NCBI GenBank assembly: GCA_040285855.1
Contig: JAUFOQ010000016.1
Location: 1,302,001 to 1,366,000 of the forward strand
Direction: 5' to 3'
Length of the DNA: 64,000 bases
DNA from: Eukaryota sp. GEM-RC1
Lineage: Eukaryota
Made by a program: the position numbers and the translations under genes. Below are positions 57,175 to 64,000 of this stretch, in pieces; position 1 is the first letter of the stretch, and every line of letters starts with the position of its first letter. Under the pieces are notes generated by a model that was not told the origin of the DNA, did not search any database, and was given only the letters and a program-made list of their open reading frames with translations.

Positions 57175-58402
57175 TCAAACACTTTCATCTCTGTTCTCCC
57201 CTTCGATTGACTCTTCAATGATCAGCCTTCGTTTAGAACACAAACGTTTTCGATGAGATTTACTTTTAAAATGAACCTTCTCCAACTTAAAACCCATGCT
57301 GACCTCACAAACATCACAAAACTTCAGCTTCTCCCTTTCAATTGGACACTTCAAAGGGAACTCAAACTCATCAAACAGTCGTAAAATTTCTCGGCTAAGT
57401 TTAGAAATATTTAAATTCTCAGTGGCATCGACATAAATCACCGGAAGACCACTGATTTCCAGTCGTTGTTTAAACCACTTACGTTGACTTTTTTACATAG
57501 CGTTTGGTTTCAATCTTGATATTATTAACCCCTTCCTGTAATAACAATTGCAGTTGGTCTCTGGTAATCACTTGATTGCAATCAAAATCCAATCTAACCA
57601 GTTCTTTAATGATTTCTTTCACTCCAATTGCTTGAAAAACTCCTTGTTCAAATGTTTTGTTGGTAAATGAACCATGCTTCTTTAGATATTCTCTGTATAA
57701 AGCTAGGTTTTCCTCCAACAAACCCATCTTAACCATTTGGTCTACTCTCTTGTCGATTCTTTCAAACAGGACATCAACCTCAGCATCCACCCATATCAGA
57801 ACAGGCTTGACAGCCAAGCGACGTTCCCGTCTGGAAGCATCTACTTTTGAAGGAAAGAAGCCAGAACAAAGATTGATAGCAGCGTTCTGTAACTTACGAA
57901 CATCATTGGAGTGAATTAGTGATAAGATATCTGGATCGTGAAGATTTAATAGGTTTAAACAATCTTGAATCGAAGAAGAGTAATCAATGGTAGCATCAAG
58001 GTTCAAGTGATGAGCACAGTCTTCAGGAATTGAAGTGTCAAAAGAACATGTTCAAAGTAGTAAGAAGTGCCACCACACAACACTGGGAGTCCTTGGATGT
58101 TCTCAATGCAGGATTTAAGGGAGGAGGAAAATTGGCCTACATCCCAGACGTCTTCGAAACTGTCAAGGATGCCAAGTAGATGATGAGGAACTGATTGTTG
58201 CTCTTCAGGGGGTGATTGGTTGGTAGCAATAGGAGCATTGCTATAAACTTGCATAATATCAACGTTGACAAGCTCAGAAGATAGATGTTTACATAATTCT
58301 AAAGCAACCTTTGACTTTGATGAATGATCAAGGACGGGGACTTACTTTACCTGAAGCAGTTACTCCAAGAATGCAAACAACAGAACGCAAAGAGGAGGAC
58401 AT
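57175..58402 (-). CDS. TRIT1: tRNA dimethylallyltransferase (Mod5/TRIT1); 31-nt intron 58315-58345; frameshifts
   Basis: GVTASGKS after splicing, MQVY, VPHHLLG, PVLCGGTSYY, RIDKRVDQM, QAIGVKE, C-terminal CDVC..HFKSKSH finger. Confidence 0.9.
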
Positions 58403-58446
58403 TCAAAACGTTATTGTTCCTTTTACCTATTGGAAACTGAAGTTCT

Positions 58447-59169
58447 ATGCAACTAAGAACCTCTCGGCAGGTTCTAGGTAAAACCAATAGACGGTCTGTA
58501 GGCCCTTCCACTTCTTTGCTCTCTTGTTCAGTTAAGTCCGGATATACTTCTATTCCAACATCAAAATCTTGTGATCTATCATCGTCTCAATGCCTTTTCC
58601 AACCTAAGACCTATCCTTTTGCTGCACACGATGCTCACAAAACTCAAAAAACAGTTATACGTCATAGTCGTTCATCTCTAATCTCTGATCGAAATTCTCG
58701 TAACATATCACATCATGTATCTTCTACAGTTCCACAAAGGACTCGCTGTCATCGCCTAGCTGCAGATTCCAAGACCATTGAAGATTCGTCTCCCCATCGG
58801 CTCTCCATTAGACAAGAGAAGCTGGCTGTTCCCAAGAGAACATGGGAGGGGAGGTACAAGAATACAATGGACCACTTCAAACCATCGTCTGATTGCTCAG
58901 CCTTTTGCTCTGAACCAGATAGGTTTTCTCGGAAGCCTTCTGTTGGTAAATCTCCAGAAAAGCCCACGGGAAGACTAGAACGTATCAAACTCCACGAGTC
59001 TCAATTGCAGAGAAGGAAAGTTAATGACCTTATGATGTCTGATCAGAAGGATCAATGCCGATTGAAGCATCTTGCACAACAAAAGCTTGGGTATTTAGAT
59101 GCCATTGCTCATTTGGATCCACAATCAGAGAAAATAAGAACGACATGTCTTCCTGGTGTTCAACGGTAG
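58447..59169 (+). CDS. Hypothetical basic, Ser/Arg-rich protein
   Basis: 240-aa ATG ORF divergent from the tRNA dimethylallyltransferase gene. Confidence 0.6.
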   Translation: MQLRTSRQVLGKTNRRSVGPSTSLLSCSVKSGYTSIPTSKSCDLSSSQCLFQPKTYPFAAHDAHKTQKTVIRHSRSSLISDRNSRNISHHVSSTVPQRTRCHRLAADSKTIEDSSPHRLSIRQEKLAVPKRTWEGRYKNTMDHFKPSSDCSAFCSEPDRFSRKPSVGKSPEKPTGRLERIKLHESQLQRRKVNDLMMSDQKDQCRLKHLAQQKLGYLDAIAHLDPQSEKIRTTCLPGVQR

Positions 59170-59496
59170 TTTTGGTTTGAGAACACGTTTTAAGAAGTTG
59201 TTCTTTGCATATTTATGTAATTTATTTGTACATGTATCATATTATTTCATACTGGTAGAGTCAATTGAATTCACAAAATATATTGTATTTCCAGAAATTA
59301 GCGTCTTTCAATAAAACCAATTGAACAGTGATGTTGGCTGGAATTAATTGATGATATAATATCCCCAGTTACCGCATTCAAAAAAGCGTTCTTGTTCAAT
59401 TGTTAGACATGGGTGAAGCAGACAGTCCAACAAGTTCTGATTGGGAAAAAAGATATCTTTAGTCATTGATATCTTGTTTTTTGATATCTTGATTCA

Positions 59497-59860
59497 ATGT
59501 ATAGAAAAAGGAGAGATAGAAAAAGTGAAGAACAAGCTGTAGTGGAACCTTCAGTTTCAGGCATTGGTAGACCTCAATCAGCAAGAACAGATGAAGCTGT
59601 TAAAGACGAAAAGTGTTTACACTATTGTGTGAATGAAAGAGCATTGGCAGAAGAAGACGTGAAAGACAAATTTCTACTCGAACCAGTGCTGAAAGAACGA
59701 ACTTTAAGAGAACAATTTCAACGTATAGATACAATTCAAGAGCCTATCACAGGGGAAGAGGCAAAAGAACGAGAGAGATTAGAACTATTTCCAAACGAGA
59801 GCATCCTAGAGGATATACACAGAAGTTGAAGGAGGAGCTTGACAAGAGAAAACTATAGCA
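59497..59860 (+). pseudogene. Charged hypothetical gene or gene fragment
   Basis: 110-aa Glu/Lys-rich ORF with purine-rich coding-like continuation in another frame. Confidence 0.3.
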
Positions 59861-59904
59861 GCTAAAAAGAGCAAAACAAATTAAACATTATTTAAAGTAA
59901 GTTT

Positions 59905-60165
59905 CTCTTTATGGAACGTTTGGTTGCTTCGGTCAACAATTTCTCAAAGATTTTGGCAAACTGTGTAAGCAGTATTGAAAGAATTTTAATGAAAGTTACT
60001 GGGGAGGAAGGTTGTCGTTTTCCCTTTTCAAAGCACTGTTTAGGTATTTTGATTCGATTTTGAACCGTCTCTTTGCACTGAGACATGAATTTGAGCTGAT
60101 GTAGAGGTATGTTTATCTCATTTGTTAATATTGATGATAGTTTGTATTTGTCAGAGTAAATAAAA
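59905..60165 (+). mobile_element. Highly degenerate RLE retrotransposon 3' remnant
   Basis: Remnant VSLYGTFG...FLKDFGKLCKQY..NFNESYW resembles the end of 60621-61490. Confidence 0.5.
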
Positions 60166-60620
60166 GGCGTTGTTAAAGTAATCTAAACTACAGTACATCC
60201 AAAATAAACTCTACTACAACGGCTGTACATGACGAATTTAACACTCAGACACTTCCTGATAAACATTACCACTTGATGGTAATTGATTTAATAAGTTTGA
60301 GCACTGATCGTGTCAGAGAAAAATGAAATAGTCTTTGCCAAATTGATTAGTTGAATCTCATATTCAGAGACCCAAAAATTAAGAACTGAGAAGCCATGCC
60401 ACCAGTATTACCAAAAAGGGAAACAACAAATGGAACAGATATTAATTCTGATTGAGCTTACCAACTCCATTGGAAAACAACTCTGTTTGACGTTTTTCGG
60501 CTGTCTTTGGGTGGTTAAAACCTTTTGAAGTTATGATTTTGACATAAGTGTGAGCACATTGATCTAACATAAACCTAAATTGACTGGAATCAATTAAGAT
60601 ACCACGTAAGTCACCTAGAA

Positions 60621-61490
60621 TTGTTATTCAAAATTGTTTATTCCGAAAGCTTGGACTTTAAAAACCGTATTAGCTTGGCTAAGACTAAGAGTCCCGCTTT
60701 TTGTGCATTTTTGAATGATATTTCTTCAAGCGCTGCGTCTTCATTTGTTTCTCGTTTGCCAAGAAAATTTTGTTTTAATCTTAAGGACCATGGATGGCTT
60801 ATTAACATGAGACTTAGGTTAGGTTTATGGCCTTCAGGTCTTTTGAAGCATTCTCCTTGTCTTTGTGGTCGTTCAAAGGCTTCAAATTTTCATCATTTAG
60901 TTAACTGTCATCAATTTATTCATTTTCGATCAATAATCCACAATAGTATCCAGGATACATGTTTGGATATGTTTAATGCTAATGGTTTTCATGGAAAAAT
61001 TGAACCTTTACTTGCTAATCTTTCTGATCAGCCAAAAGTTGATAGAAGTCGTGGTGATTTGATTGGTCCTTGGTTATCTTGTCAGGAAATTATTATGGAT
61101 CTCACGACTGTTGATCCTTGTAATTCAAGATCAATTTCCAAAATTTTTGATGATGATTTTTCTGCTCTTGAAGTGGCTGAAAAGGGAAAAAATTCAAAGT
61201 ACTGTCACTTAATTAACCAATTGAATGTTGACAGGTACAATTCTTTTGTGTTTCAACCTTTTGCGATGTCGATATACGGTAATATTGGACCAGCTGCACA
61301 AGGTTTTTTAACTTCCTTTGGTAAATTGTGTTCTGAGTATGGTAAAGTTTTCAATGAAAATTTTTGGTTGAGTAAGTTAACGTTTGCGTTGTTTCGTTCA
61401 ATGCACAGATATTTTAATTCAATTTTAGGTAAGTTGTTCGGTGATGGACAGAAGGATCATAGTTTAGATACTTTAGTTAGTGTCTGTTAG
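60621..61490 (+). mobile_element. RLE retrotransposon C-terminal ORF, a third subfamily
   Basis: RLRLG, CLCG..HLVNC, IHNSIQD, RGDL..MDLT, KNSKY, PFAMSIYGNIG. Confidence 0.82.
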
Positions 61491-61797
61491 TTATTAACTT
61501 CTGCAAATGCATTTATTTCACTGACTGATCATAAACCCCGTTTTTTATATTCCTCATTTTGGAAAACTACTTATCAAACGGATGTTCATGTACCAATTTA
61601 TATGACTATTTTACATATAAGTCTGCACTTAGTCTGAAGTTACTATAATCATCCGAATACTTCTGCAAGACCAACAAAACAGTGATCAAACAGTACTGAT
61701 CATAACTGCTGAGAAAGAAGAGAGTCTGTTTAAGAAAGCTGAGAAGAGCGAGAGATTGCCTGTAAGAACTTAGGTTTATAACTACTGACCAAAGTTA

Positions 61798-62481
61798 CTA
61801 TTCGCAAAACTCCAACTCTAAGGGAAGACTATTGCATTTTAGACCATGTTGAGTAATATTAAACAAATTATTGACTTCTTTTGTACAATTATGGCACTGT
61901 GCTTTGACGCGAGTTCGTCCAGTCTTATTTCGAAGTTTGTCTTGAACATCATCAGTGAAATTGGAAAATAGCGCTGAAAGATGCTCGTCAATCAAATGAT
62001 GAGTGAGCTGTACATGGGTAAATTTATCAGAGGAGGAAGTACAGTAGGGACACGTTTTAGACGCTTTAACACTACGAGACTTTTTGCAGGGTGGCGGCGG
62101 TACATCACAACAACACGTTGATACCAATCGTTTTGTGGAGGTAGTACATGTCAGAGCTTGTGGAGACTCAACAGAGTGGTGGGGAACGATGCATGTATGT
62201 GATATTGCCTGCTGGAGTGGGAGAATAGAAGCACAAAACAGGCAGCGGAAGACAAATACATCAGAGGCGACGAAAGTGCGTTCTTGTTGAGAGGAAGACC
62301 AACACTCAAAAAGATGATGTAGAAAAGTGATAACAGAATGGTGTGAAAAGGCACAAAAGAAACACGAGAATGAATCCAAGACAAGATGGTGAGCTGTTAG
62401 TGGTACATGGGTGAGAAGGTGTTGAGCAAGGCCATTGATGTCATCAACTGTGATGGGGCAGAAAAAGCACGGGGATGTCAT
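61798..62481 (-). CDS. Multi zinc-finger (C2H2-like) protein
   Basis: CFFC..HLLTH, CFFC..HLFEC, CLFC..H.C, CPYC..HLIDEH, CHNC..HGLKC. Confidence 0.65.
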   Translation of the reverse strand: MTSPCFFCPITVDDINGLAQHLLTHVPLTAHHLVLDSFSCFFCAFSHHSVITFLHHLFECWSSSQQERTFVASDVFVFRCLFCASILPLQQAISHTCIVPHHSVESPQALTCTTSTKRLVSTCCCDVPPPPCKKSRSVKASKTCPYCTSSSDKFTHVQLTHHLIDEHLSALFSNFTDDVQDKLRNKTGRTRVKAQCHNCTKEVNNLFNITQHGLKCNSLPLELEFCE

Positions 62482-63617
62482 TACGGGGGTGTTGCCTGGG
62501 TGAAAAGTAATCACAATTGTACATCATTCAGCTTCAAGTCATTTTGGTTCAGAACCGGTTATTACGGTTCCCAAAACTGGCGGTTCAGGTTGCTGAAAAC
62601 AATGAATGAATGAATGAGCATTGATTTGTTTTAATCTATTGTCCTCCACATTTTACATGAGTGATTATAAACCATCGACATGCTACATTCACTGACATTG
62701 TAGATGACAAATGTTGTGGATACTTTCCATTTCTATGTTTGTCGGTTGAAGACGAAACAGACTATATAGTTTTGGAAATAGTACTGTAGTGCACTCAAAT
62801 CCAATAGTAAATCAATTGTTTTAACTGTTCTCAAACACTTAAAACAATTGACTGAAGAATGCAATTTCTTCTTAGAACACTACATTTCATTTCTAACTTG
62901 ATGTAGCCCGGTTGCGAAGATATAAGTGTTTAGGTACCGAAAATAGTATCATTCCTACCACAGAGAACTGCGAAAACAATTGAAAAGTACTAAGACTAAA
63001 TCCAAACGACTTCATCCATATCCGAGAAGGGCCTACGTTTTTGGACTTTAAATTCAAAAATTGTAAAGTTTATCAACTAAACCCGAAAAATGGAAAACAA
63101 TTTACTGTGTTTCCATTCACTCATTCTAAACTTACGCTACTGTTCTTTACATTGTTCTTCAAATGCTTGAACAACTATTCACCTGCAGTACTTATCGACC
63201 CGAAATAAGAAACAGAAAAAGGTTGAAACACAAATTTGTAGTGTGTAGTTCGTTAAATTATGACATATATTCATCTTCATTAAACAAATTTAGAATATCA
63301 ATTCCGATGTAGTTCTTCAACTTTGGAGTCATTCTTGGAATAAGAACTGAACTGTATTAGCACTTGTCTGCCAAGCAGCAGTCGTTTCCCATCTGGTTGT
63401 TTCGAATTTAGTTTATGAACAGTTTTGGTTTCTGTACATGACTCTTGGCTATCTTGTTGTTTTGGATTGTGTGTATTTCTGAGTCTGCTACCGCCCAGAC
63501 TGATACTGATCGATTTGTTCACACAGTGAACTATTTTAATCTGTAATATTCACAAAGGAAATGATTCCGCATCTCATCATACAATGATTTTAGAAGTCAA
63601 TTTTATTGTTATTTACC

Positions 63618-64000
63618 ACTGTGAATTTCATTCCAAATGCATAAGGGCATAACCCTTCACATTTTCATGAGATAACCCACAGTTGACAAAGTCCTCATTC
63701 GCAAAGTCTTTTAAGACGAGCTAACTTCATAGATTCAAGATTCCTGATCTTTCTGGTTTACGTGTGAGTCCTTGGGTACATCTTTCTTAGGCTTATTTGG
63801 ACAAGTTGCTCTGTTATGCCCAGGTTGAAAACATATACCACACTTGTTAGGACCTCTGACTTTTGTTAGAGGACGCTTTGCTTTACCCTTACCCTTACTC
63901 ACAGTCTTTTTCTTTTGGAATCTGATCTGTATTCCCGCCATCCACGACAGGTGTTGTTTGAGATTTTGGTCTCTCGAGGATGGCAGGTCTACCTTGACCT
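63618..64000 (-). mobile_element. Second copy of the Fanzor element 3' end (C-terminus plus candidate omega-RNA), running off the window
   Basis: Near-identical to about 23304-23725; different flank beyond 63618. Confidence 0.93.

Noticed and set aside
63617..63623. CACTGTG/CACAGTG (RSS/Transib heptamer) at the Fanzor end
   Set aside because: Copy 1 has TACTGTG, no Transib transposase or nonamer is seen, and the motif is explained by the RNA closing helix.
1..64000. tRNA or rRNA genes and a firm species assignment
   Set aside because: No cloverleaf or rRNA-like segment was recognised by eye, and the taxon cannot be fixed without a search.

Overview
Compact, AT-rich eukaryotic DNA, probably from a flagellated protist (IFT56/TTC26 is present). 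It has very short GT-AG introns (29-33 nt), tiny head-to-head intergenic spacers and many transposon relics. Housekeeping genes include a Ubc13-like E2, an inositol 5-phosphatase, a CYTH protein, GSK3, a SNAPC1-like protein, IFT56, Rpn8, a cyclin-like protein, an FSH1 hydrolase, a bZIP factor, VPS26C, LST8-like and SIN1-like genes, a Rab, a C45 peptidase and a tRNA dimethylallyltransferase. The standout is a ~15 kb mobile island with no recognised introns (23304 to about 38470). Its minus strand carries what reconstructs as one ~1950-aa polyprotein. The order is Cys-rich repeats, a 2A-like ribosome-skip motif (DVESNPGP), an intact Ulp1/SENP8-like protease, a Cys-to-Ser Ulp1 domain, a degenerate PolB-type exonuclease fold, a Fanzor1 RNA-guided nuclease with all three RuvC acidic residues, and a CCHC knuckle. 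A structured candidate omega-RNA follows it, and a second copy of the element end at 63618-64000 fixes its 3' boundary. The island also has a ~1200-aa orphan gene (interrupted by an RLE retrotransposon), a Pif1 helicase (interrupted by a hAT element), tandem repeats and a phased GGGG/hairpin end. Most ORF breaks lie in homopolymers and look like long-read errors. All family assignments are from motifs read by eye; no searches were run.
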